From a virus: DNA of 57,077 bases. Below are positions 44,521 through 53,356 of the stretch, one piece after another (the stretch's first letter is position 1; each line of letters begins with the position of its first letter). The position numbers were made by a program, and so were the translations under genes. Below the pieces are notes generated by a model. That model did no database searches. It was not told the origin of the DNA and worked only from the letters and a program-made list of their open reading frames with translations. Where the stretch lies: the IMG/VR virus record IMGVR_UViG_3300045988_173429; one strand, given 5' to 3'.

Positions 44521-44642
44521 GGCTATATCGCCAAGTAGACTATCAAGCAGATGTACTGTAATAGCCAAGTCAAGACTTGTTCAGGCATTAGTTTAGTCTC
44601 TTCTGCATAAAGTGTCCGATATTTTTTTTGAGAAGTTACAAG

Positions 44643-45086
44643 TTATTCTTTCAAAAATTCAGGATTATCAAAAACATTCCCAATAATACACCCTTGGCAT
44701 ATCTCTGAATCTAATAAATCGTACGGATTAACTCCATCTAAGGATATGCACCATCCTGTATGTTCGTATAAGTCAATTACTTTTGGAAACTTTCTTTTCT
44801 CTTCATGCTTCCATGTTGAGAATATAACGGAATAAATACGTCCGCTTGGTGCTTTTATCAAGTCTCCTTCGTAAATCTCCTTTTCATTTTTGTCTTTTAA
44901 GCCTGTGTACTGACCGATAGAGTCAGACATAACAAAATCCCATTTTGAAAAGAAAGGTGATGCAGAACCGTCATTAAATACTCCTCTTTCTTCTATGATT
45001 ATTGTACCTTGTTCTAAATTTACAGGAGTACCGTATTTCCACTTTTTGTAAGTAGTGCTTTTCCCTCTGAATTTTATTTCACGCAT
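44643..45086 (-). CDS. YopX-family protein
   Basis: MREIKFRGKS...WKYG... is the typical YopX N-terminus. Confidence 0.8.
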   Translation of the reverse strand: MREIKFRGKSTTYKKWKYGTPVNLEQGTIIIEERGVFNDGSASPFFSKWDFVMSDSIGQYTGLKDKNEKEIYEGDLIKAPSGRIYSVIFSTWKHEEKRKFPKVIDLYEHTGWCISLDGVNPYDLLDSEICQGCIIGNVFDNPEFLKE

Positions 45087-45088
45087 AA

Positions 45089-45262
45089 TTAAGCTTCTAT
45101 TAAAATATGTCCTTGCTTTCTTAATTGTTCGACGTATTTCATCATACCTTTTTCCGTAGAAAATGATTCATCGTCCCACCAAATGCCCAATCGTTTAACC
45201 TGCACTTGATACCACTGATCACCGAAGAAGTTTTCATATAGTCCGTATCTATATTTAGCCAT
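45089..45262 (-). CDS. small hypothetical protein (57 aa)
   Basis: MAKYRYGLYENFFGDQWYQVQVKRLGIWWDDESF... Stop lies 2 nt before the yopX ATG. Confidence 0.45.
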   Translation of the reverse strand: MAKYRYGLYENFFGDQWYQVQVKRLGIWWDDESFSTEKGMMKYVEQLRKQGHILIEA

Positions 45263-45273
45263 TATCAGTCCTC

Positions 45274-45585
45274 CTAATTAGGTAATAAATCATCGATGTA
45301 TGCCCAACGCAAAATCTTGTCGTAATGGCAAGCTTTTACCCATTCATATTCAGAACGCCAATCAATACAAATGCAGACATTTCCGTCTCCATCCATGTGT
45401 TCAACCAAACAGTCCTTTCCCGGTTCAGCTATGTCACATGGTTTGTGCCACACCGAGTTGATGCGCCATTCTGCACCTTTCTCGAATGAATAGTCAAACA
45501 GTCCTCTTGTTTCCTCCGGATCATGATCCCAACCTATCATATTAGCATGTTGGGTTGCTGCTTTTTCAATATCTTCTCTTTCCAT
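45274..45585 (-). CDS. DUF551-like protein
   Basis: C-terminus ...ILRWAYIDDLLPN resembles the DUF551 ending. Confidence 0.45.
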   Translation of the reverse strand: MEREDIEKAATQHANMIGWDHDPEETRGLFDYSFEKGAEWRINSVWHKPCDIAEPGKDCLVEHMDGDGNVCICIDWRSEYEWVKACHYDKILRWAYIDDLLPN

Positions 45586-45609
45586 TTTTTTCTTTTGTTA
45601 AATTAATAT

Positions 45610-45629
45610 CTTTCGTGATTTGAGCTATT
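45610..45629 (-). other. conserved 20-mer (minus strand AATAGCTCAAATCACGAAAG), copy 1
   Basis: Exact second copy at 54337..54356. Both are intergenic in the early operon. Confidence 0.8.
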
Positions 45630-45761
45630 TTACCAGTCTTCTAAATCTTCGGTTGAATAAGAATCACTAGCATCATTTTCGTCAGAATAATTCGCGCAAT
45701 AATTTAGAAGGTTGAAATGATTATCACCTATTGAACAATCATCTCTGTTCGCACAATTCAT
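45630..45761 (-). CDS. possible small acidic protein (43 aa)
   Basis: MNCANRDDCSIGDNHFNLLNYCANYSDENDASDSYSTEDLEDW. Confidence 0.25.
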   Translation of the reverse strand: MNCANRDDCSIGDNHFNLLNYCANYSDENDASDSYSTEDLEDW

Positions 45762-45771
45762 GCAGCACCAT

Positions 45772-46272
45772 TCATCGCTTTGCCTCATAGTCTTTTTCGT
45801 TTGTTTGACTTAACACACTATCATCAAACCCAGAGCAGGCAGCATCGTTCTGCTCGGCACCGGCCATCTGACATTCGAAGTAAGCGTCACAATCTCCACA
45901 TATCTGGTCGTTCGGTTTTTCCGAACAACCACTGTCTAGTCCCTGATCCAGGCAAGCGATAAAATGCTTCAAGGCTTCTTCCGCTGTCGGGCAGTCCGGT
46001 GATTCGAAATAAATCATCGCTTCATTAAAGGCTTCGATAGCCTTTTCTTTCATCACATCCTTGATGATTATAGTACCGTCCGCTCCTTGTTCTCCGGGAG
46101 GATCGGGATGTCCTAATTGCTGTAGTTGCCATTGGGCACCGGCTATAAAAGCATCTTCAAGATCTTTAGCGCAAAACAATTTCATATTCGTTTCGAATAT
46201 GTCGGGCTCTCGTAGCAGATGCAATGCTACTTTGGTGGCATTGACCTTATATTCATGTGCGTTGCTGTTCAT
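45772..46272 (-). CDS. hypothetical Cys-rich protein
   Basis: 166-aa ORF. Confidence 0.55.
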   Translation of the reverse strand: MNSNAHEYKVNATKVALHLLREPDIFETNMKLFCAKDLEDAFIAGAQWQLQQLGHPDPPGEQGADGTIIIKDVMKEKAIEAFNEAMIYFESPDCPTAEEALKHFIACLDQGLDSGCSEKPNDQICGDCDAYFECQMAGAEQNDAACSGFDDSVLSQTNEKDYEAKR

Positions 46273-46278
46273 AATTAT

Positions 46279-46419
46279 TTAATTATTATCTTCTTTCTTG
46301 ATCTTAATCTTATCAATCATCCTTTGATATTTAGCGGCCACATAGTCACAGTGTATTGCCAAATTCCTGTCGCGCTCCTTTTCGAGGCGCTTTATTTCTT
46401 CTTCTATCCAATCTTTCAT
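46279..46419 (-). CDS. small coiled-coil protein (46 aa)
   Basis: MKDWIEEEIKRLEKERDRNLAIHCDYVAAKYQRMIDKIKIKKEDNN. Confidence 0.35.
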   Translation of the reverse strand: MKDWIEEEIKRLEKERDRNLAIHCDYVAAKYQRMIDKIKIKKEDNN

Positions 46420-46435
46420 ATTTCATCTTTTTTTG

Positions 46436-46978
46436 TCATTTTTCGCATGATTCAAACGCTTTTTCAAATACTTCCGTCCTAAGCATATTGTTTGCTATGG
46501 CCTGAAAAGCGTTTGCAATTTCTGGCAACTCATTCAAATTCACATGTACCTCTTTGGGGGTAAGTACCTCTGTAAGCTCCCTTGCAAAGTGCAGCATCTT
46601 ATCCATGGTGAGATACCGAAGGGGATTGTAAGCCAGTGGGGCGTATTTGCTTATGGCGGTAAAGAAATCCCGGATGGTAATTTGGGATGTCTGGCATAAC
46701 ATGTCCACCGTAGAGCAAATGGAAAGGGCTTTGTTCAAATCTTCATGGCATCCGGCATTATGCAATGCCTGGCTGACGGTAAATCCATAGCGATCTATAT
46801 GAGGCTTGATATCGTCCTCCATGCTCTGCGTAATGAGGGCCATGGCTTCCGCGTTTACACCTGCGATCCGGCATATTTGTCTGTTGTATGCGGCCATTTG
46901 GCGGTCCATGCTGTTGATCAGCATTTTGACCTTTTGGCGATAAAGTCCGCATCCCTTGATGTGATCGGAAAGCAGCAT
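46436..46978 (-). CDS. hypothetical protein
   Basis: First ATG is MLLSDHIKG. The track start 47029 is a TTG. Confidence 0.5.
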   Translation of the reverse strand: MLLSDHIKGCGLYRQKVKMLINSMDRQMAAYNRQICRIAGVNAEAMALITQSMEDDIKPHIDRYGFTVSQALHNAGCHEDLNKALSICSTVDMLCQTSQITIRDFFTAISKYAPLAYNPLRYLTMDKMLHFARELTEVLTPKEVHVNLNELPEIANAFQAIANNMLRTEVFEKAFESCEK

Positions 46979-47055
46979 TTCGAAATTATACACTTGGTCG
47001 TTGACGAATAGGACGATATATGTCAACAACGTAACAAGACCGCCGGTGTCCTTGT

Positions 47056-47253
47056 CTATTTCATCCCAACTGTTATATTTTTTTCATATCTATGAGTTAA
47101 TAATTCTACTTCAGTGCATCTTATCCATTTGGCACTTCTTGATAAACACAGTTCGTGAGTGATTCGATTGATGTCATACACTTCTCTGATTTTACTCTTG
47201 TATCGGACTTTGCTACCGATACGGCATTGGGTGTTGAATATGTTTATTTTCAT
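47056..47253 (-). CDS. hypothetical protein
   Basis: 65-aa ORF. Confidence 0.45.
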   Translation of the reverse strand: MKINIFNTQCRIGSKVRYKSKIREVYDINRITHELCLSRSAKWIRCTEVELLTHRYEKNITVGMK

Positions 47254-47265
47254 GCTATAGGTTGT

Positions 47266-48609
47266 TTAAAAAGGAGCATCATTTTCTTCTACAAGTCTAT
47301 AAGATTGATCCATTTCATAAAAATGAGTTGTTTTAGGGCTGAATTGAACAATAAATTTCTCAAGGCCAATATTTCTGCCTTTCGCAATATCGATCATTGC
47401 GGTTCCTTTCGTTTCTGCATTTTGAAAAGGCTCAGGGTAAAATTTGCCATATAATTCCGGCCTATAAATCAAAATGACAACATCTGCAGCTTCCCCGATC
47501 TGCCCGGAATCGCGAAGGCGGGCAAGAGAAGGGATAGGATTAATGGAATCCCTGTTTAGTTGTGATAAAGCAATTATCCAAATGTCCAGTTCTTTTGCTA
47601 AATTTTTCAATCGTCTTGCTGCTTCTCCCATCATTTGCTCCTTATTGCTCCCTTTCATGTTTACTGTTAGAATTTGCAAGTAATCCACAATAGCCCCTGT
47701 GATGCCGTATTTCAGCTTCATTGTTCTAATGGATGCGAGTATAGTATCAATGTTAGAAGTGCTTCTATCGTCAAAAAAAACAGGTTTTCCGGCAAGTTTT
47801 CCAATGCCTCTGTCTATCCTGTCGAATTGCTCCGGTGAAAGGCGTGAATACATGATCTCATTTGCGGGTATTCCTGATTCGATTGAGATCATCCTAGCGA
47901 CGATTTGCTCTTTCTTCATTTCCATAGAGTAAAATGCCACTCCGTCCCCATAACAAGCCGAAGAAAGGGCAAATGCTATTGATAAACTCGTCTTACCGGA
48001 AGATGTATCAGCCGCAATGATAATCAAATCGGATTTTTGTAATCCTCCGCTTCTCCCGTCAATTTTTGAGAATCCGGTGGGGGTTCCAGTCAGTTTTTTA
48101 TCACCGGATGAATTAAACTCCATTTGTTTTGTCACTTCACGTACAGCATCGTCAATTGTAGACATATTGCTTTTTGAAGATTGGAACACGGATTTAAGGG
48201 ATTCTTCCGCTTCTGACATGATATCGACGATATCTTCCGATTCGCTGAAGGCTTTATTCTGCATGGTCATGCCGATTTCTATAAATCTGCGCCTTTTCTC
48301 CTTATCATGCAATAATGCTGCATGTTGGTAAATATCGTTTGTGTAATAACTCGAAATTTGACTGATAGCAAACAAATCGACGGATTCGTTCTTTTTTCTC
48401 ATTTCGTTTGTGACAGTGATCAAGTCTGGACTTTCTCCTCTGGAGTCTATTGCGATAATGGCTTTGTAGACTTGATTGTTTAAGTTATCATAGAAACAAT
48501 TAGGAGACAATATTTCTCTCACCTCGTTCAGTGCATTGCGATCGGACATAATTGTTCCCAAAACTACTTTTTCAGCATCTGTATCATGCGGCATAACTCT
48601 GTTATCCAT
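47266..48609 (-). CDS. dnaB: replicative DNA helicase DnaB
   Basis: PHDTDAEKVVLGTIMSD N-terminus. Walker A AADTSSGKTSL. Full DnaB-like length. Confidence 0.9.
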   Translation of the reverse strand: MDNRVMPHDTDAEKVVLGTIMSDRNALNEVREILSPNCFYDNLNNQVYKAIIAIDSRGESPDLITVTNEMRKKNESVDLFAISQISSYYTNDIYQHAALLHDKEKRRRFIEIGMTMQNKAFSESEDIVDIMSEAEESLKSVFQSSKSNMSTIDDAVREVTKQMEFNSSGDKKLTGTPTGFSKIDGRSGGLQKSDLIIIAADTSSGKTSLSIAFALSSACYGDGVAFYSMEMKKEQIVARMISIESGIPANEIMYSRLSPEQFDRIDRGIGKLAGKPVFFDDRSTSNIDTILASIRTMKLKYGITGAIVDYLQILTVNMKGSNKEQMMGEAARRLKNLAKELDIWIIALSQLNRDSINPIPSLARLRDSGQIGEAADVVILIYRPELYGKFYPEPFQNAETKGTAMIDIAKGRNIGLEKFIVQFSPKTTHFYEMDQSYRLVEENDAPF

Positions 48610-49621
48610 ACTCTTTCTTTTTAATTTCCATGATTGTTTGGTATACACTGTTTTTATAGCGGGTGATATAGCTGTCGTTGTTTATTTTTCTCACTATATC
48701 TGTCAGCATACTCTTATTCATTTTCGCAAGAGATTCAACTTCTTGATCTGTGGGCTGTGAAGGCATTTTCAACAACAAAGGGCCATTGTCCTCCAAGAAT
48801 TTTCTAAACCTTTCCTGTAGCGGCGTAAGCTGCTCCGGCTCCGGATTGACATTTCTTCGTTTATAGACTTTATTTTGCGGTTGGTCTAAGGCCTTTTTGA
48901 ATGTGCTAACCCAATCGATGTTTTTGGTCTTGCTGATCTTTTTCCTTTTCCAACCGGCTTCTTGGCTCCAATAGTCTTCAAATGCTTTTTTTAGGGACAA
49001 TACGATGTCCAACTCTGGATGATATTTTTGTCTGTTTTTTATAAACTCTTTGTCGGAAGATATTTTTTCAAATGCTTCTGTTACTTCCGAGAGGTAAATA
49101 TCAAAATCATCTCTCCAAGTTTTGCCAGATGCAACGTCCCCCTCTTGGGGGGTAGGGGGGATATTATTATTTATATTATTAATATTATTATCTTTATTAG
49201 ATTTGTCCCGACGTTGTCCCGACGTTGTCCCGACGTTGTCCCGGTTTTGTCCCGCGAGTTGTCCCGGATTTTTGGGAATGATATTGTATTTATCAAAATT
49301 ACAGACTGTTATAACTGTCTGCTTTGTCCCTTCAGCTGTCCTTTTTGTTATCATGCCTTCGGATATTAGCAGATCCAGGAACTTGTCAACTTTGTTTTTC
49401 GACCATCCCCACAAGTCGGCTAATCGCCTCAATGATGCGGGGTATTCCCCTCTATGGATTTCTACTGCTTTGCCCCCAATCAGCATCTTGGTCGAATTCG
49501 CCTCAAACCGTACTAGTCTCAAAATGTCGATCCACGCTTCGGCATAACTGAATTCTCGCTTTTCGCTCCAAAAAGGATGCTCAAATAGCTTTCTGCTAAT
49601 TGGGATATATCCCTCTTCCAT
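48602..49621 (-). CDS. replication initiator / replisome organiser (winged-helix N-terminus)
   Basis: MEEGYIPISRKLFEHPFW...ASLRRLADLWGWSKNKVDKFLDLLISEGMI. Low-complexity linker encoded by the iterons. Confidence 0.65.
   Translation of the reverse strand: MEEGYIPISRKLFEHPFWSEKREFSYAEAWIDILRLVRFEANSTKMLIGGKAVEIHRGEYPASLRRLADLWGWSKNKVDKFLDLLISEGMITKRTAEGTKQTVITVCNFDKYNIIPKNPGQLAGQNRDNVGTTSGQRRDKSNKDNNINNINNNIPPTPQEGDVASGKTWRDDFDIYLSEVTEAFEKISSDKEFIKNRQKYHPELDIVLSLKKAFEDYWSQEAGWKRKKISKTKNIDWVSTFKKALDQPQNKVYKRRNVNPEPEQLTPLQERFRKFLEDNGPLLLKMPSQPTDQEVESLAKMNKSMLTDIVRKINNDSYITRYKNSVYQTIMEIKKKEYG
49164..49266. promoter_or_regulatory. candidate origin: AT-rich tract + six TTGTCCCG iterons at 11-12-bp spacing inside the initiator gene
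   Basis: Iterons start at 49203, 49214, 49225, 49236, 49247 and 49259. AT-only tract at 49164..49200. Confidence 0.65.
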
Positions 49622-49623
49622 GA

Positions 49624-49788
49624 TCAATATATTATTCCTCTGTTCAACAGTTCTTTTCTATATTCTTCAAGTGCCTTTACGCACCTATCCTTATTCATAT
49701 GTCCCATTGGCATAATACCGGAAAGCCTTGCATTGCAACGGTCTATACCATATTTGAGATCGATATTTGACATCTTCTTTATATCCAT
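49624..49788 (-). CDS. small hypothetical protein (54 aa)
   Basis: MDIKKMSNIDLKYGIDRCNARLSGIMPMGHMNKDRCVKALEEYRKELLNRGIIY. Confidence 0.4.
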   Translation of the reverse strand: MDIKKMSNIDLKYGIDRCNARLSGIMPMGHMNKDRCVKALEEYRKELLNRGIIY

Positions 49789-49834
49789 ATTAATGTAGAT
49801 TTTAAAAATTAGACATTCGATTGTATAATGAAAA

Positions 49835-50017
49835 CTAATCTTTTATGTCATCGTCTTTTCTATGCTTATAAGCGTAATAAATAGCGCAGCACATATTTAC
49901 AAGAGCATTGATAAGCAATAGATTTTGTACCCAAATATCGAAACCGGCTATGTAGCTAATCTGGTAGGATATGAATGATAGCCAAAAGACAATTTCTTCA
50001 TATTGATAACTTTTCAT
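49835..50017 (-). CDS. small membrane protein
   Basis: 60 aa with two hydrophobic segments. Confidence 0.5.
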   Translation of the reverse strand: MKSYQYEEIVFWLSFISYQISYIAGFDIWVQNLLLINALVNMCCAIYYAYKHRKDDDIKD

Positions 50018-50029
50018 ATTTTCTTTTTG

Positions 50030-50176
50030 CTATTTCTTTTTGAACAATAAGCATATCCTAATTGCGTTCCCTACCAAGTTTACCTTCTTCTCTTTGCAGG
50101 TAATGACCAGTTCTGAGAACGCTTTAGAGTGTATGCAATCACTACACCTTGCATGAGTAATTTCTTTCTTAGCCAT
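50030..50176 (-). CDS. small Cys-containing protein (48 aa)
   Basis: MAKKEITHARCSDCIHSKAFSELVITCKEKKVNLVGNAIRICLLFKKK. Confidence 0.35.
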   Translation of the reverse strand: MAKKEITHARCSDCIHSKAFSELVITCKEKKVNLVGNAIRICLLFKKK

Positions 50177-50177
50177 A

Positions 50178-50672
50178 TTATAATTTTATTGGTAATCCTG
50201 CATAAACCCATGATAGGATGCAGGAATCCCTGGCATCCTGATTTAACCTCTTATCCAATCCCCCAACGATCTTTGATAGTTCTTCTTGAGTTATTTTCCC
50301 GTCTTTACCCTTCCAGCATTTTCTAAGAGGTCTAATTTCGTCAACTTCCAGTCCTATATGCCTTGCCATTTCAGCTATTTTGTGAGCGACCTCATGGTTT
50401 CGACCAGTATTCTGACCTATTTTAGCTGCAGCAGCCGGAGTGGAGCGTGTAGCGTGCCAGTTGCTTTCATTCATCCAGCCGGCCTCGACAACGACTATGA
50501 TAGATTCTTTTTGACGATCAACAAAATCCTCTTTCATGTACTTTAAGTAGTCAACAAGGAGAGGAAATGAAAGATTAGTCACGTTTAAACACCTTGATTT
50601 AACATGAAGCTCTGTAACTCCTGATTTGTCACAATCGGGATCTATTCCTATTACTCTGTCTTTCTTAATCAT
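50178..50672 (-). CDS. putative RuvC-fold Holliday junction resolvase
   Basis: From MIKKDRVIGIDPDCDKSGV, then VVVEAGW. Confidence 0.45.
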   Translation of the reverse strand: MIKKDRVIGIDPDCDKSGVTELHVKSRCLNVTNLSFPLLVDYLKYMKEDFVDRQKESIIVVVEAGWMNESNWHATRSTPAAAAKIGQNTGRNHEVAHKIAEMARHIGLEVDEIRPLRKCWKGKDGKITQEELSKIVGGLDKRLNQDARDSCILSWVYAGLPIKL

Positions 50673-50746
50673 AATTGTAATTGTCGTAATCATCCGGTTC
50701 AAAATCCGGAATATCATATCCAAAATCCATAATTCCAATATCAATG

Positions 50747-50799
50747 TGGGGCGGATCGGAATCGAACCAATCTAATATACATCTACTACCTTTCGCCCC
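50747..50799 (-). ncRNA. tRNA-like element 3: 53-nt acceptor stem + T-arm mini-structure
   Basis: Minus-strand sequence: GGGGCGA-N21-ATTGG-TTCGATT-CCGAT-CCGCCCC-A. No D or anticodon arm. Confidence 0.45.
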
Positions 50800-50865
50800 T
50801 AAACACCCTGCATATTCTCTCGAACGGCAGGGGGTGAAAACCTAAATTATTAACCGCATGAAGTT

Positions 50866-51066
50866 CTACTTATGCTTACACCTTAATATCTCCCGTCTCT
50901 TTATTATCGCTCTCCCCGTACATATTGTGTCGGAGCCTAAAGAATGAATAAGGGTAGATTTTGCCATTCCAATATCATCTTCACTCAAATAATCAAATAT
51001 GGCAGAAATACTACCAAAGAAATGATCTTGTTTTTTAAAGATCAAATGAACATGTATTACTCTCAT
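50866..51066 (-). CDS. hypothetical protein
   Basis: 66-aa ORF. Confidence 0.45.
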   Translation of the reverse strand: MRVIHVHLIFKKQDHFFGSISAIFDYLSEDDIGMAKSTLIHSLGSDTICTGRAIIKRREILRCKHK

Positions 51067-51081
51067 AGTTCCATATTTTTC

Positions 51082-51243
51082 TTATTTGGAAATAAGTGAT
51101 TCAATTTTCTTTAAATCCTTCTTGGTTAGTCGGACTGCATCAGCTACCCGACTACAACCTTTGTATTCTACATGATCTACAATTTTTGATACATGTCGAA
51201 GAAATGATTTTATCAGGTAGTCGGGGAGTTGATGTTGTTTCAT
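51082..51243 (-). CDS. small hypothetical protein (53 aa)
   Basis: MKQHQLPDYLIKSFLRHVSKIVDHVEYKGCSRVADAVRLTKKDLKKIESLISK. Confidence 0.4.
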   Translation of the reverse strand: MKQHQLPDYLIKSFLRHVSKIVDHVEYKGCSRVADAVRLTKKDLKKIESLISK

Positions 51244-51246
51244 AAG

Positions 51247-51876
51247 CTATTTTGCTTCTACAGGTTTGCTGTTTTTTAATTTATAAAATGTATCGGCTTT
51301 AATTGATATTCCGTCGACTTTAAACGCCTGTACATTTATAATAGGATAAGTATTTCCATCCCAATCACCTCTTTCTGTTAATACAATCCAACAGCCCATA
51401 GCTCCTTTGGCTTTACTATCGTATCCTGTTACGATAGCTATGCTGTCTTTCCCTTCTACGCTGGCTGCTGACCGATCGCCGGTGTTGGTGGCTGCTGACT
51501 GATAGCCGGTGTTGGTGGCTGCTGACCGATCGCCGGTGTTGGTGGCCTTGTTGTTCCCCCAATCTACTTTGTCAAGTATAAATTTAACTCCAGCGGAAAT
51601 AAGACCACTTAATCCGATTTCAGTATGTATGTGTAGTTTTGAGCAAGCGACTTTACTGTCACTATTGTCTGTATCTATTTTACCATCACCTTCAACATTA
51701 CAATATCTACTATCGGAAGGGGAATAATAATTGAATACATTAAATGGATTTTCGCAAAAGTGAAAACCGCTTTCGCATGCTTTAATTGTCCCTTTTTCTT
51801 CAAATGTTTCACCGACTTTATATTGAAAGCCTCTGCATTGTAGTTTTTTATCAAACCCTTTATAACCTTTAATCAT
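51247..51876 (-). CDS. conserved phage protein with ATNTG(D/Y)xSA repeats
   Basis: MIKGYKGFDKKLQCRGFQYKVGETFEE...CESGFHFCENP, then three 9-aa repeats. Confidence 0.6.
   Translation of the reverse strand: MIKGYKGFDKKLQCRGFQYKVGETFEEKGTIKACESGFHFCENPFNVFNYYSPSDSRYCNVEGDGKIDTDNSDSKVACSKLHIHTEIGLSGLISAGVKFILDKVDWGNNKATNTGDRSAATNTGYQSAATNTGDRSAASVEGKDSIAIVTGYDSKAKGAMGCWIVLTERGDWDGNTYPIINVQAFKVDGISIKADTFYKLKNSKPVEAK
51463..51543. repeat. 27-bp tandem repeat x3 inside the CDS
   Basis: GGCTGCTGACCGATCGCCGGTGTTGGT at 51463 and 51517. Variant copy at 51490. Confidence 0.9.
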
Positions 51877-52069
51877 ATTTTTCTTTTATTATTTCGGTAA
51901 TTAACTTTTTGCATTTTAAAAGGCTATCCATGTCTCCATTCTTTAGGAGCTGAATAGCCTTTTCTTTTTTGTTGCATCCCAATCGGGTAGGTGTTTGTGC
52001 TATGTACAGTGCTTTAAATTCTTTTTCCATTATACTCTGATACCATCTCTTCATAGCCAGGATCACCAA
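51869..52069 (-). CDS. hypothetical protein
   Basis: 66-aa ORF. An internal start MEKEFKAL is possible. Confidence 0.4.
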   Translation of the reverse strand: MVILAMKRWYQSIMEKEFKALYIAQTPTRLGCNKKEKAIQLLKNGDMDSLLKCKKLITEIIKEKYD

Positions 52070-52436
52070 AGTAGGGTAGATAGCATCCTAACTCTGATTG
52101 AGCCCAGATTTTCATCTTGTCCATGAATGAAGATAATTCGGAAGTGCTCATTTCAGATGTTTTGTAATCGACTTGTTGAATTTCTCCCGTAAATCGGTTC
52201 GCTTCCTCTTTTGTCCCAAGAAGAGCTCTTTTTATATCTCTCTTGCAGTTATCAAAAGAGGTGTAGCCGGCATGGTCGGCTATTACTTGCACCCACATGT
52301 GAAAAAGAGCATTCTGTGATAACGATCTTTTCTTAGTTTTTTTTGTTATTTCGAATGAATCGGTGCCGGACATTAATTTATTGTAATAGGCCTCGGATCG
52401 TTTTCTATCAAAAGGATTTTTGGGGTCAAATAACAT
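52014..52436 (-). CDS. NinB/Orf-like recombination mediator
   Basis: KRSLSQNALFHMWVQVIADHAG parallels the lambda NinB stretch NRSLDQNRKLWACLGDVSRQV. Neighbours are SSB and ERF. Confidence 0.55.
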   Translation of the reverse strand: MLFDPKNPFDRKRSEAYYNKLMSGTDSFEITKKTKKRSLSQNALFHMWVQVIADHAGYTSFDNCKRDIKRALLGTKEEANRFTGEIQQVDYKTSEMSTSELSSFMDKMKIWAQSELGCYLPYFGDPGYEEMVSEYNGKRI

Positions 52437-52445
52437 AATGCAATA

Positions 52446-52880
52446 TTAAAAAGGTAGTTCGTCTTGAATTGGAGTATTAGGCGGCATAGGTGGAACATAA
52501 TTCTGTTGTGGTTGTTGATATACCACTTGCTGTTGCGAAGCAGGCTGTGATGACCTTTGCTGTCTTGCTTCTATTTTATATCCTCTTATGGAATTTATAT
52601 ATTTAGTTTTCCCTTCTGCATCAATCCATTTCCTTCCTTGTATTTCGAAAGAAACAGTAACAATGTCATTTATTTGGAAATTGTTAAGCTCAGCACATCT
52701 GTCTCCCGAAAATTCAAACATTGGAAAATTTTCGAATTTATCACGTTCTCCAGTGTATGGATCGAACCGCGTAGAATCAATAACTACTTCTCTTTTCACA
52801 AAAGGATTACCGCCGTTTTTGGAAGGAATTTCCTGAATAGGTCCTATGTAGGAAATTTTGCCAGTAATTGTATTTGCCAT
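52446..52880 (-). CDS. ssb: single-stranded DNA-binding protein (DUF3127 type)
   Basis: OB-fold-like N-terminus, Q/P-rich linker, acidic tail IQDELPF. Confidence 0.8.
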   Translation of the reverse strand: MANTITGKISYIGPIQEIPSKNGGNPFVKREVVIDSTRFDPYTGERDKFENFPMFEFSGDRCAELNNFQINDIVTVSFEIQGRKWIDAEGKTKYINSIRGYKIEARQQRSSQPASQQQVVYQQPQQNYVPPMPPNTPIQDELPF

Positions 52881-52882
52881 TT

Positions 52883-53356
52883 TTATTTGAATTTAATTGT
52901 GTAACTTTGTTTTGCCATTTTAACCGCAGGGTGCAGTGTTATGATCTCCCCAGTGTTATCGTCTACAATAGTTGTATTATCGTGAACGGATTTCAAGAAT
53001 CCTTCTCGCTCTTTCATCTTTGCTTGTAGTTCTTTCAAACTTGCCAAATATGCGTTGTATACAGGATCATTGCAAACGCTGTAATCATATGAAACTCCCA
53101 TCTCTTTTAATGTTATCTCGCATCCGTTCCATGAAGTAGACTTGCCGTATTTCTCTGTCTCAGTAATAACAGAATCTTTTATTCTATCGTCATCCAATAC
53201 TTTCTTCAATGTGTCATATAACCCTCTTATCTTAGCCACATGTTCTATCGGGTTTACATCGCCATCAAGAACAGGTATGATGATCGAGTTTGCAAGTTCT
53301 TGTTGACTTTGCTTGGTGACAGGGAATATCCCTATCTTCTTAATACTATTCTCCAT
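52883..53356 (-). CDS. hypothetical protein
   Basis: 157-aa ORF between erf and ssb. Confidence 0.55.
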   Translation of the reverse strand: MENSIKKIGIFPVTKQSQQELANSIIIPVLDGDVNPIEHVAKIRGLYDTLKKVLDDDRIKDSVITETEKYGKSTSWNGCEITLKEMGVSYDYSVCNDPVYNAYLASLKELQAKMKEREGFLKSVHDNTTIVDDNTGEIITLHPAVKMAKQSYTIKFK

